NCBI GenBank assembly: GCA_000990355.1
Contig: LBSX01000003.1
Span: forward strand, 21,489 to 85,488
Source: Candidatus Magasanikbacteria bacterium GW2011_GWC2_37_14
GTDB taxonomy: Bacteria > Patescibacteriota > Patescibacteriia > Magasanikbacterales > UBA922
Direction: 5' to 3'
Length of the DNA: 64,000 nt
Part shown: positions 39,001 to 47,301 of the stretch, in pieces
How positions within the stretch are numbered: the first letter of the stretch is position 1
How the letters are laid out: the number at the start of each line of letters is the position of its first letter
The notes under the pieces: generated by a model
The model's input: only the letters and a program-made list of their open reading frames with translations
Told to the model about the DNA's origin: nothing
Databases searched by the model: none
Position numbers and translations under genes: made by a program

Positions 39001-41765
39001 TTTGTACCGAGTCTACTGCCAATGGCCAGTTTACTTATGACACAACACAATATCAGAATTTGGGTGGAATTGTAGAGTCTAAATGCAGTTATTTATTTAA
39101 TGAATTTGGACAAAGTAGAATAAATACTTCTGACCTTACTGGTGCCTGCGGTCCTAGTGGCGCTGTAACATCAAATTATAGCGGTGATCAATTTGGATTA
39201 AATATGTATACAACACTGTCAAAATTATTAATATATTTTGATACGGGTCTTGAAAATTTTCAAACTAGTTTTGCCTGGCTAGGTGATAAAAATAACTATG
39301 ATAGTGGTTATGTAACCAACAAAAATGTTTATACTTTTATGCAGCTTTTTGGCTGGCATGGAGTGGATAAATTTTTAACTCAAAAAGATGTAATGTCTAC
39401 TAATGGCGCAATATCTGCGCCAGACGTGGTAGTTTGGTATATAAAAGATCCAACTTGGTGGGTAGACACTTTGTTAAGATTGTCTAATACGGGTTGGGAT
39501 TTATCAAGTGATTATTTTACTACAAGAATTCCACATAGTTATAGCTATGATATAAATAAAACAATTTATTTAAATGAAGTACGAAGAATTTATTTGCCAT
39601 CTTTTGCTTTTATTGTGGACGATGGTACTCTGCATGGAGATGCTGGTGATGATATGGTTTTTACCGATGATATTTATATAGATTTTGAAAGATTAAGAAC
39701 CAATGGTTCTCTTTATGATAGATTTCAGAACCCTTGTGTTAAAGGAGGGTCATTAACCTGTATATCGGTAGATGGCCCACGAAATGCTGCTTATAGTAGA
39801 AAAGAAGTTTATGAACCTGGTGCAAGCCATTTTGTAGGCTATGAAGACGATGAAACATTTCCTTATTATACTTTTTATGGTGTAAGGGATGATGGTACAG
39901 AAGTGTATGGTATTTATTTGTTAACTCAAGAATTTTTGGATAAATATCCTGGTGCAACTAATATTTATAAAGCCATGGTCTGGAATATAGATAGAAATAA
40001 TAACGGAGATATTTGGCCAAATCAGCTGGCTGGACGTTATATTCTTACTTGGGAAAATAAAAATGGTGTTTTAACTAAGCCAGGTGAAGGTTATCCCAGT
40101 GTTGAAACCAGTCTAGCAGCAGGCAACGCTTTGTGTGAAAAGATAGTTAATGGTGTTCCAAAATGTGAAATAAACAAAGTTAGTTATCTAGGGGCTTTAA
40201 TAGAATTTATGCCTCGTTGTACAACTTTTAATTTGGTACATAAAAATCAATCTAATGATGATTATGACACCAAGAACAAAGCTTGGACCAATAGAGTTTG
40301 GATCAATGGTGCAGAAAAATATACATTTGACCGAGCAGGGAATGAATATTTTAAACGTGATGGTGCTGGGACTTCGGCTCCTTATGGCGCTACGGCTTTG
40401 TCTGAAACAGACTTTACTGATAAAACGGTTTTAAGAAAATATTGGTATCAAAATTTAGTTTTTGCTGGAGGCTTTCCTTTTGCTTGTTATGACAAGATTT
40501 TTTCTGGTGCTAATTTTGATGTTGTGCCTGTAATCGGTTTATATTTTAGTGGTAATTGGGGAGAAAAAGCGTATTGCAGTGGTTTGCTCGGGCATATTTC
40601 AGAATTAAGAACTTTTAAGCCAATTATAGAAAAGTTTTCTAGCCAAGTAAATATAAATAGTAGTCCATGGGAAAAAGGCTTTGATGGAGAAGATGCTTTG
40701 GCACGTCTTTTTGCGAAAAGTTTTGAAATAAAATTTCGTAGTCCAACTAGTACAGATGAAACAAATTTTGTTAGAGTTGTTGATGGTACTGACAATGCCG
40801 GTGATTTAGGTATTGCTAATAAATATTATAGCGATACCGAATCAGAAGTAACTCTCTTTCCACCACGCATATATTCCTTAAACCCCAACACTTGTAAAAC
40901 TGGTTTATCTAGTGTGCCGTGTACTTATGGCGAAGAAAACAATGTAACTGTGGGCAATAAAAATGGCACCAAAACAGATTATAACAAAGACGGTTCTATT
41001 GATGAAGATTTAACTGGCGACCAAATACCAGAATATAATTATGGGTTAACTAGCTTTTTGGCTTCGGTAAAGTTTTATGCTTTGGCCGACGAAAATCGCA
41101 TGCCAATCAAACGGGTGTTGGTAGAATGGGGAGACGGAAGTATAAAAGATGAGAGAGTTGGCATGTATAGAAATCATTTACCATTTTGTTCGGATGATGC
41201 CGAAACCGCTAATCGCAATTTCTGTTTTGCCAATGGTGTAAACACTCAATTAACTTGTACTACTCCCGAGGATTGCCCTGTTGAGCCTGGCACTGATTAT
41301 TATTGTCACGCTAGTGTTCCAGCAGAACCTCACTTTGGCGTAGCCAAACGCGCTTGTGAAACAAATATTTTTGAACGTGTTCATAATTATACTTGTACAG
41401 ATTTGGATGCTGGTGAAGTTTGGACTTCTACAACAGAACAACTTTCTTCAGATATTAAACAAAAATTACAGCGAATGGGTGTGGCAAATGTTCCTTTTGT
41501 TTGTATTTTTCAGCCCAAAGTTCAAGTTTTGGATAACTGGGGTTGGTGTAATGGAACATGTGGAGATTTAACTGATTATGGTGGAAATAATAATGGAATA
41601 ATAGATGGTAGTGAGTTTGAAGGTTGTTATAATAATACTGACCCAGCTTCTGGCTCTTTAGATTGCGATCCGGGAGTTTCACCTGTCACTAATGAAAAAC
41701 ATTGGACACAATATCAGGGACAAATTATTGTAGTGCCAACTAGTACTGCATCGGGGGGATATTAA
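33018..41765 (+). CDS. giant (2915 aa) Cys-rich secreted protein
   Basis: Signal peptide ending AFAKPANAQ; more than 150 Cys residues in recurring C-x-C / CxxC contexts; no cytoplasmic enzyme motifs. Confidence 0.65.
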   Translation: MFILHKTKKSLLVILISIFICVQLFGVLAFAKPANAQMDSAITAAFSGKWTWEQVGNSLLAASLGALVNGMSYFMRKMAYDTAMYVSSGGKGKGALAFKQGPAKYFENVAKDAAASAIEVFGEPFGLNLCQTPDLRVQVYLQVGLRNMYGDGGGGQTGPQPRCDWNKLSNSWSGEAFESKYGPGGRKFLAETFSNSLRVEDTDFGIALGAMGKIDRIKANAEAGAATERIEGQGYKALTGLITGNVKTPAQIIKTETEAITAKNQTDLSAKQIAGIYGSGALQIIPMGASVFINTLTGQLLNKLMSAAQGLFSDDSGEESTDGGTTNFFAQYVQDTRKAAAQAFNFLYTAVPQKQLNTYDIISEFAACPDSPSLNNCVIDTQLQQAIERAKSNKPLTIKEAMSDTEKLLNKKGFLISPRREVDNTNFNCYKKGYCYSNLQKLRKARILPIGFELAALKSDPDNPWTLEQVVNGFEDCKRDENGEAIPDVGHPFCHLIDPNWIIRSPEAHCEAKVNGPILESPDTARRQTECVDISTCLAENENGTCASPFSYCLREKNIWQIGGQSCNDYYSTCDTYFDSTGKAVSYLSRTLDFGECNLDAVGCRAYSLEQGAGGVWQNSEQIIFNNKYLSRPQTIFFNKNIDNYRCANANDEGCSAFNAVGADNSRGSLTYLKKAPDYLGCYDINTSTGSAVINWPKTKVELSYLNDRSESCKNFAGVCLPDELGCESYTSGDGGVAIPGIIGSNYCRPECVGYDTYKQEATNFSSSTFPLHFIPGKGTKCLPQEAGCEEFTNIDTVTKGGEGLEYYTDLRYCERPAANNQETYYSWQGSATEGYVLRTHKLLPIDPVEAGIISGLSGFVSSTVGANVKSTFVSSSPAYVDDSVEALEKNYNLCNATSYNVLINNPYSKEAKSADCRALYNKKGDVYYRLLAETVTISEACHPLRKTESELYVDQNISVANCTAKGGKVENSQCLRCYRGGKLDSTGNACIYWTISKSGESVSCTPTAKSCRAYTGNTGNNIKEILFNGEDIVTFEPTSTDPGALTAAAAGWLGTKQVRPESIQVGQYSLGVQGEIKYEFASNVIESNSWYELSFWAKGNTQNLNIRFYGKNATGGFEEKGEFTYNPYVQVSVPATVGAEWQEYSLGPILFKGNGEKEVRLSFSSNVTNKEYYLDNIRLTKIQDHTYLIKNSWKTVEGYDVPLTCDNEPADGLPGVALGCKAYRDSQGTPISATGFEKLCRPEAVGCQEFYDTFNTPNEITTSSYNVWCNGNVQGVCKLTSSTVELGKCEVPVGQTGCLVDKIVVPEGVAFPSGITNASVVTSTIIIPADTPIGQQIYLTNRRSFKCSESALGCTKVALESRTVLGLNNSPSLYDFSETYLKNNPANYSETLCADSLVGCQEFKSGSDITYFKNPEILGSVQCNYKTLVDIAGTKYSGWFRDGVGTCINNADKFCRADKDCGTGTEAKCNTKDPVPCYENYVQAGSNYGVWSNSSDNYKGLVGMCPAAQNGCTELIDPADTSQNNPEGKPYYIIFNRDVEKRTGECEGKVSLKDGCVLFDRTDLPNKIYNVAETYKNSENLTDNKYGSVTPSTTVSALEPKLKANLILKVERDRQCSEWLQCKSYAVNYNEKGQPTNLCEEFKRCTQLNDRGECISWVPENDELYSQTLTEDFYVGRSTNWYAEDFSGYSLLNKYQIGSYVYLKMGLPNEPTFLAHTVDDRTRPEGAAGCTVALGAQPDSKDGDICGLANGGRCWQGNCVYPLEGSFTEEAVKATFASYLEQGSCKAYPEKESPFEVYQATEDFGDTGAPKQLFGVTSTISGSKFRWNYPGRKDSFGKVNICQDYKDTDGNNYKCSCGYVKVTYKNNVTDYWPATNKIESILPKGVCSGGSLDGIPCDPDYGDKNQCGDVLENPGQCSRITERTQRNGQTGFCLEYDLSRPLGKANTDFKKQTYACLTWLPVEVSASGIDTYNYYEKAGYHPGIDANASLGQVFCTESTANGQFTYDTTQYQNLGGIVESKCSYLFNEFGQSRINTSDLTGACGPSGAVTSNYSGDQFGLNMYTTLSKLLIYFDTGLENFQTSFAWLGDKNNYDSGYVTNKNVYTFMQLFGWHGVDKFLTQKDVMSTNGAISAPDVVVWYIKDPTWWVDTLLRLSNTGWDLSSDYFTTRIPHSYSYDINKTIYLNEVRRIYLPSFAFIVDDGTLHGDAGDDMVFTDDIYIDFERLRTNGSLYDRFQNPCVKGGSLTCISVDGPRNAAYSRKEVYEPGASHFVGYEDDETFPYYTFYGVRDDGTEVYGIYLLTQEFLDKYPGATNIYKAMVWNIDRNNNGDIWPNQLAGRYILTWENKNGVLTKPGEGYPSVETSLAAGNALCEKIVNGVPKCEINKVSYLGALIEFMPRCTTFNLVHKNQSNDDYDTKNKAWTNRVWINGAEKYTFDRAGNEYFKRDGAGTSAPYGATALSETDFTDKTVLRKYWYQNLVFAGGFPFACYDKIFSGANFDVVPVIGLYFSGNWGEKAYCSGLLGHISELRTFKPIIEKFSSQVNINSSPWEKGFDGEDALARLFAKSFEIKFRSPTSTDETNFVRVVDGTDNAGDLGIANKYYSDTESEVTLFPPRIYSLNPNTCKTGLSSVPCTYGEENNVTVGNKNGTKTDYNKDGSIDEDLTGDQIPEYNYGLTSFLASVKFYALADENRMPIKRVLVEWGDGSIKDERVGMYRNHLPFCSDDAETANRNFCFANGVNTQLTCTTPEDCPVEPGTDYYCHASVPAEPHFGVAKRACETNIFERVHNYTCTDLDAGEVWTSTTEQLSSDIKQKLQRMGVANVPFVCIFQPKVQVLDNWGWCNGTCGDLTDYGGNNNGIIDGSEFEGCYNNTDPASGSLDCDPGVSPVTNEKHWTQYQGQIIVVPTSTASGGY

Positions 41766-41838
41766 TTTTATAACTCATAGAACAGATAGCATGAAGCATT
41801 ATTGACAAAAGTGAAATTGTAAACTATAATCATTATAT

Positions 41839-42102
41839 ATGAACGAAGAATTATTAATACAAAAAGTGATAGGTCTAGAGGCAGATATGAAAGAAGTGAA
41901 ACAAACACTTGGAGAAATTAATGGTAAAATTTCTTTGTTTGATGATTTGTTGTCTGGTCAAGATAAGATGATTCAGCTTTTAACTAGAGTTGATCAAGAG
42001 AGTGTTTTTTTTAATAATAGAATAAGAAGACTGGAAGAAGACAGAGTACAAAAGTTGGAAACAGATATGAAAATAGTAAAACAGCATTTGCAACTTGTAT
42101 AA
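41839..42102 (+). CDS. small coiled-coil protein with an internal duplication (EADMKEVKQTL / ETDMKIVKQHL)
   Basis: ORF with heptad-like periodicity. Confidence 0.4.
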   Translation: MNEELLIQKVIGLEADMKEVKQTLGEINGKISLFDDLLSGQDKMIQLLTRVDQESVFFNNRIRRLEEDRVQKLETDMKIVKQHLQLV

Positions 42103-42116
42103 CAACCACCATTAAG

Positions 42117-42156
42117 AGATCCCTCGACTTCGCTTCGCTACGCTCGGGATGACAGT
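42117..42156. repeat. repeat family B (gtcatcccgagcgtagcgaagcgaagtcgagggatctc, minus orientation)
   Basis: Copies at 54526-54564 (degenerate) and 54580-54618; shares the gtcatcc ... ggatctc termini with family A. Confidence 0.6.
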
Positions 42157-42162
42157 GTAAAA

Positions 42163-42196
42163 TAAAAAATTCACCTTTTGGGTGAATTTTTTATTT
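42163..42196. terminator. bidirectional rho-independent terminator shared by the convergent genes 41839 (+) and 42310 (-)
   Basis: aaaaaattcacc ttttg ggtgaatttttt. Confidence 0.65.
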
Positions 42197-42309
42197 GCTT
42201 TGAATAAAATTATTTTCATTCAAAGTGTGAGTGGTGGAGAGGCCGACCATCCACACCTCCGCGTATCGAGGACGCAGAGAGAGAGGAAGGGAGAGAACGA
42301 GACCGGAGG

Positions 42310-42888
42310 TCACGGGCGCTGGAGGACGATGGGGGTGTCGCCGATGTAGGAGCCCCAGAGCTTGAGCTTGATGACTTCTTCGAGCGAGGCGAAGATCTTC
42401 GGGTTGTTGAGTGGCCCTTGGAGGACCTCCCATTCGCCCTTCTTCGCGAAGAAGTAGACACCGAAGTTCTCGGTGCTGGCGTAGCAGTAGCTGGGGTCCT
42501 TCTCGTAGTCGACGAACTGGTTGATGGTGTAGACGTTGCCGTCGTCATCCACCCAGTTGCCTTCTCGCGACGCCAGCGGCGCGCAGTCGGTCGTCGTGAC
42601 CTCGTCGGTGAGCACCTCTTCGGCGCTCGTGGCGTCCGGCGAGTCGTCCGGGGGGTTGGCGATGCAGGAGTCGCCGCTCTTGATCATGTGCCCGGGGCAC
42701 GTGAACGGGAGCTGGTTGTCCTGCGAGACGTCGTCCTCGAGAATCGAGGTGTCGCCGCCGATGGTGTCGGCGGTGTTGATGACGTCGCCGTCGTAGCTGT
42801 CGCCACCACCACAGGCGGGGACGAAGAGGGCCACCATGAGAGTGACCCAGAAGGAGAGAACCAGCGAGTTGCGGGTCGTCGTGAGCAT
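42310..42888 (-). CDS. GC-rich (~60%) lipoprotein; start at the internal ATG with SD AGGAGG
   Basis: MLTTTRNSLVLSFWVTLMVALFVPAC: signal plus lipobox Cys; SD taggaggcgcacc immediately before the ATG; base composition is atypical for the window. Confidence 0.55.
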   Translation of the reverse strand: MLTTTRNSLVLSFWVTLMVALFVPACGGGDSYDGDVINTADTIGGDTSILEDDVSQDNQLPFTCPGHMIKSGDSCIANPPDDSPDATSAEEVLTDEVTTTDCAPLASREGNWVDDDGNVYTINQFVDYEKDPSYCYASTENFGVYFFAKKGEWEVLQGPLNNPKIFASLEEVIKLKLWGSYIGDTPIVLQRP

Positions 42889-43149
42889 GGTGCGCCTCCT
42901 AGCGCGTTGTTGTTGCCCAGAATAGGGATTTAGTAAATCCACATTCTGGGCAAGCACTAGCAAGGCATAACCATGGGCCTCTTAATTCCACCACACCCTA
43001 AACCACAAGGGTTCAGGGTAAAATTTTTAAAGAGCATTATCCATTTATAGTATAGAACATTAAAACCTTGTCTGTCAAGACAAGGGAAACGATTATAGCA
43101 TATTTTAGCCTTTTTGTCAAGGGTATGCGGTGGATAAACTGTGCACCGT

Positions 43150-43227
43150 TGTCATGCTGAACTCGTTTCAGCATCCCTTACTTATTTAATATTGCCAGGG
43201 GATCCTGAAATAAATTCAGGATGACAG
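43150..43227. repeat. repeat family A copy
   Basis: tgtcatgctgaactcgtttcagcat ... gatcctgaaataaattcaggatgaca. Confidence 0.7.
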
Positions 43228-43311
43228 ACAATGTGGATATCTATATTTTTTCTTTAAACAAACAAAAAAATGTGTTATAATGTTTGTAGTTTAGCATGTA
43301 GTGTAAATCAA

Positions 43312-43406
43312 CTGTCATGCTGAATGTAATTGTCATGCTGAACTTGTTTCAGCATCCCGTGAGATCCTGAAATAAATTCAGGATGACAGCCAAGTTCAGG
43401 ATGACA
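43312..43406. repeat. repeat family A copy with extra half-sites (ctgtcatgctgaa; ttcaggatgaca x2)
   Basis: Immediately upstream of ORF 43420, whose ATG lies in a degenerate half-site (gtcATGctcaaattc). Confidence 0.7.
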
Positions 43407-43419
43407 TTTAAAAAAAGTC

Positions 43420-46400
43420 ATGCTCAAATTCTTTAAACAAAAAAATAAGCAGAAATATCTTTTTGTGCTAAGCGCGGCATTTTTGCTTACGCTAGTTTTG
43501 GTTTTGCCTGTCTCTGCTCAATGGGATCCTGCTGGTTTTCAAAATAGTGTCATGAGTATAATTTCGGATTTGTTTTTGGGCTTTGGTAAATTTTTTATTG
43601 GTAGTGCAATTTTCTTTTTAAAGTTTTTTATTGCCCTAGCGCAATACAACAATTATTTAGATGTACCCACAGTACAGATTGGTTGGGTAATGGTTCGCGA
43701 TGTGGCCAATATGTTTTTTGTGGTTGCTTTGCTCGTGATTGCTTTTGGCACAATTTTGGGGTTAGAACAATATCAATGGAATAAAACTTTGGTCAAACTT
43801 ATTTTGGCCGCTGTGTTTATTAATTTTAGTAATTTAATTTGTGGAATTTTTATCGACATTGCCCATGTCTTTACCATTACTTTTGTAAATGCGATTGCTG
43901 GGGCCGCGGGTGGCAATTTAATCAACATGTTTAAATTGTCCGAGATTTACAAAATGGTTACTGGTGGTGCTACACCACAACCTGGTACTAATTTATCTTT
44001 AGAAGTTTTGATTGGTTCTTTTGCGGCTTTTATTTTTTCTTTAATGGTCGCCTTAATTATGGGTTTTTATGCCCTAATTATGCTTTTCCGTGTAGTAGCT
44101 TTGTGGGTCTTAATTATTCTTTCGCCTTTGGCTTTTATTTTTCAAGTTTTACCCGAAACAGAGGCCCGAGCCAAAGAATGGTGGAAACAATTTGGTAATT
44201 ATGTGTTGGTCGCACCAGTAATGGTTTTCTTTATGTGGTTGGCTTTTGCTACTCTGGGTACTGGTGATGTAGTCACCACACTAGATTTAAAATTAAATGA
44301 ACAAACATTATCCGATGTAGTGGCTTCGCAAGCAACGAACAAAGCCGAAGGTCAGGCCGAATATTCTGGCCCCAATGCTTTGTCCCTAAATGCTGTTACT
44401 ACTTGGGAAAATCTTGCCAGCTTTTTAATCCCTATGGTTTTGCTCTATGTAGGCATACAAAAAGTTCAAGAACTTTCGGTGGCAGGTGGCAGTATGTTGG
44501 CTGGGGCACTTGATACAGTCAAGAAAGTAGCCACTGTGGCTTCGGGTTTTGCTGCCGGCCGGTGGTTGGTTGGCAAAGGTGCTGAAGGTGCCAAAGCCGT
44601 GGCCGGTGGGGTTGGTTTGGGCTTGGTAAAAGGCGCGGGCTATGTGGTTGGTGCCGAAAGAATTGGTAATTACTTTAAACGACAATTACAAGGTTTTCAT
44701 GCTTGGCGGCAAGATTCTGGTTTAAGACCTATACAAAAAGAAGTAGATGAAGAAGTAGCGAAAAAAGATGCCGATGGCAAGGTGATGACAGATGCAGATG
44801 GAAAAGTCATAATGGAAAAAACTGGACGCAAACGTATGATTTACGAACAAGAAGACTTTTTAAATACAGAAACTGGTCAAATGGAAAAGCGTTTCAAAAT
44901 GGAAAAAGTGGCTCCAAAATTTGCTCCTTTACAAAAAATATTTTTTGCTGGAGCAGCCAGAGACACTGCTTCTCGTAAAAAATTAGAAAAAACTACAAAC
45001 TTTGCCAAAAATCGTACCGAATTGTTGGACAAATTAACCAGTGGTGTGCCAACTGCTTGGATGATGGGTGGTACAGAAAAGATCGATGCCTTAGACAGAA
45101 TTGAACAAGGTATGGTTTTGGGTATGAAAGCTCGTTCTGCTGCCAAAACCGAAGAATTTCATGCTATGGGCGAGGCCATGGTTTTGCAAGCGCCACGTTA
45201 CAAAGTAGAAGGTTGGGGTAAAATGACTGGTAAAGATCCAACAATTGCCGAACAAGCAGCCAAGCATTCACAAGCCGCAGTAGTCAACAAAGCCATGGTA
45301 GAAGCCATTAAATCTGGGGCCAAAGCCAGATATATCAAAGGCGCTTTTTCTTTTGGTCCATTTGATCCGGGGAAAGCAACCGGTGTTGATGCTCAAGGCA
45401 ATGCTGTGTATGACCAAGGCCGGAATTTAATACATCAAGCCAATATTTTGGAACACCGAAAAGAAGAAAGTGAATCAATTGTTAGTAATATTAAATTATT
45501 AGATGTTGCCGAAGAATCTGTAGAAGGCAAAGAAGAGCTTGAAAAAGCATTAAAGCGTTTGAAAGCAGAAGGTAGAAGTAAATTACCAGAAATATTACAA
45601 GCAATGCATAATCCTGCTGCCAGGGCGGCTTTTGCCAAAGAGGTTGAAGAATATACCAAAGAAAAAGTTACTGGCGCAGCTCATAATAAATTGTCTGACC
45701 AAGCGGGTAGTATGCATAATTGGGCAGTAAATGGTTTTGATACACCAAGCACAGCTATCAAAAAAGTAGTCGCAGCAGCTGGTGAACCTTGGAAAGGAGA
45801 AGAAAAAGAAAAGGCTGCTTCTATGAGTACAGACGCTTTCCAACATTTATTGTCAGTAGCCATGAATGGCAAACTAGATGATGGACAACGTGGCACAACT
45901 ATGGCTTTAACCGAATTTTTGGTAAAGAATGGCTGGTTAGATGATATGTTGTCGCGGATGGTTAATAAAACTAGAGAACTAGTTGCTGGTAATATTACCA
46001 ATCCAGATGAAGCTAAAGAAGTAGAGGAAATGGCCAAGTGGATGTGTGATGAAAATGGTTGGGGTACATTACAAAGAGACAAGGATACGGGTAAAATTAC
46101 TGGGGTAGACATTGTGAATGAATCTTCCAAAGAAAGAACCAATGATTTACAAAGATTTTTTGCTTCGGGAATGGACAAAACTTCTTTTCAATCAGAAAGT
46201 GCAGTTTTATTGCATAAAAAAATTATGGAAGATAAAAGTGGTGAAGCAGTTGATATAGAAGATGCGGCCAAAGATTTAGCCGAAAGAATGAGAGGCGACA
46301 ATGGCAAGAGTATGGCAGAATATGAAACTGATTACCAGACATATGGAGTAGAAACTTTAAATTGGACACCAGAACGTATTAAACAACAATTTTCTACTTT

Positions 46401-47283
46401 TGAAGATGCTTTTGTAAAAGGTGCAAAAGATGCTCAAACTGCAGTAACTGGTTTTGTAGAAAGATTGAATGAACATGCTGAAGAACAAGAGTACTTAACA
46501 GAATTAAAACCATTGGGTATCGATACTACTCATATTGATGACACTGGTCATACTTTTCATAATCAACGTCGTGGTTATGCTCATGGTCTTTTGGCGCCCG
46601 ATGCCATGGCCAATATGGAAGGTGACATGGTAAAACAAGATGGCGCTACCAAAATGAGAAAACACAAGAGTCATGCCATTGGTTATATGGAAGAAGATAC
46701 TGGTACTTTGCACCGTTTAGAAGGTGATCGGGTGGCAACCATGTATTCGGGTGTAGACAGTAAACAAAAAAATGAGCTTCAGGATGTTCGTATTCAGCGT
46801 CATTTGTTAAAGAACGCGGCTGATGAAGAATTTATCAAGGAAAGTGGAAATTTGATTGTTGGTTCAGCTGATTCTGTTTTGGTTAAAAAGAAATTTAAAG
46901 GTGATAAAGAGGCCGCGGCTATTGATACAGCGCGTGATTGGGCCGTGTTATTAAATAATGGTGGTGAAAAAGCTTTGATGGGATTTTTGGGTACTCACTC
47001 GGGAACTGGCTACGAGGGCGGGGTAAGTGGCAAATTTAATTTAAAACTTTTTGGGGAAGATATTACCAGCGCTGATCAGTTGGTTGAGTGGATTAATAAG
47101 ACTATGGCAGAAGAAGAAAAAAAGAGAGCGGCTGGAGTTTCCAAGAGAGATAAAAGAGATCATCGTAAAATAAAACAAGTTGATTTAGCCTCGATAATTA
47201 GGGGTGTCAAAGCCGCAGCTGCTCAAGCTGTTGCCACTCCAGAAGGAAATGTGGTAGATGAAACCTTGGGTGATGGAGTATAG
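43420..47283 (+). CDS. large polytopic membrane protein, VirB6/TrbL-like N-terminal domain plus a long hydrophilic C-terminal region (putative T4SS component)
   Basis: Signal plus at least 7 TM segments in the first 330 aa; lies in a cluster with VirB3-like and VirB4; assignment by architecture only. Confidence 0.45.
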   Translation: MLKFFKQKNKQKYLFVLSAAFLLTLVLVLPVSAQWDPAGFQNSVMSIISDLFLGFGKFFIGSAIFFLKFFIALAQYNNYLDVPTVQIGWVMVRDVANMFFVVALLVIAFGTILGLEQYQWNKTLVKLILAAVFINFSNLICGIFIDIAHVFTITFVNAIAGAAGGNLINMFKLSEIYKMVTGGATPQPGTNLSLEVLIGSFAAFIFSLMVALIMGFYALIMLFRVVALWVLIILSPLAFIFQVLPETEARAKEWWKQFGNYVLVAPVMVFFMWLAFATLGTGDVVTTLDLKLNEQTLSDVVASQATNKAEGQAEYSGPNALSLNAVTTWENLASFLIPMVLLYVGIQKVQELSVAGGSMLAGALDTVKKVATVASGFAAGRWLVGKGAEGAKAVAGGVGLGLVKGAGYVVGAERIGNYFKRQLQGFHAWRQDSGLRPIQKEVDEEVAKKDADGKVMTDADGKVIMEKTGRKRMIYEQEDFLNTETGQMEKRFKMEKVAPKFAPLQKIFFAGAARDTASRKKLEKTTNFAKNRTELLDKLTSGVPTAWMMGGTEKIDALDRIEQGMVLGMKARSAAKTEEFHAMGEAMVLQAPRYKVEGWGKMTGKDPTIAEQAAKHSQAAVVNKAMVEAIKSGAKARYIKGAFSFGPFDPGKATGVDAQGNAVYDQGRNLIHQANILEHRKEESESIVSNIKLLDVAEESVEGKEELEKALKRLKAEGRSKLPEILQAMHNPAARAAFAKEVEEYTKEKVTGAAHNKLSDQAGSMHNWAVNGFDTPSTAIKKVVAAAGEPWKGEEKEKAASMSTDAFQHLLSVAMNGKLDDGQRGTTMALTEFLVKNGWLDDMLSRMVNKTRELVAGNITNPDEAKEVEEMAKWMCDENGWGTLQRDKDTGKITGVDIVNESSKERTNDLQRFFASGMDKTSFQSESAVLLHKKIMEDKSGEAVDIEDAAKDLAERMRGDNGKSMAEYETDYQTYGVETLNWTPERIKQQFSTFEDAFVKGAKDAQTAVTGFVERLNEHAEEQEYLTELKPLGIDTTHIDDTGHTFHNQRRGYAHGLLAPDAMANMEGDMVKQDGATKMRKHKSHAIGYMEEDTGTLHRLEGDRVATMYSGVDSKQKNELQDVRIQRHLLKNAADEEFIKESGNLIVGSADSVLVKKKFKGDKEAAAIDTARDWAVLLNNGGEKALMGFLGTHSGTGYEGGVSGKFNLKLFGEDITSADQLVEWINKTMAEEEKKRAAGVSKRDKRDHRKIKQVDLASIIRGVKAAAAQAVATPEGNVVDETLGDGV

Positions 47284-47301
47284 TTTTGTAAATACTAGCT
47301 T

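Noticed and set aside
42216-42963. Alternative GC-rich ORFs 42216..42548 -, 42418..42933 +, 42536..42796 + and the long form 42310..42963 -
   Set aside because: They are mutually overlapping frames in 60% GC DNA. Only the 42310..42888 frame has an AGGAGG SD and a signal peptide plus lipobox; the longer form begins upstream of the SD.
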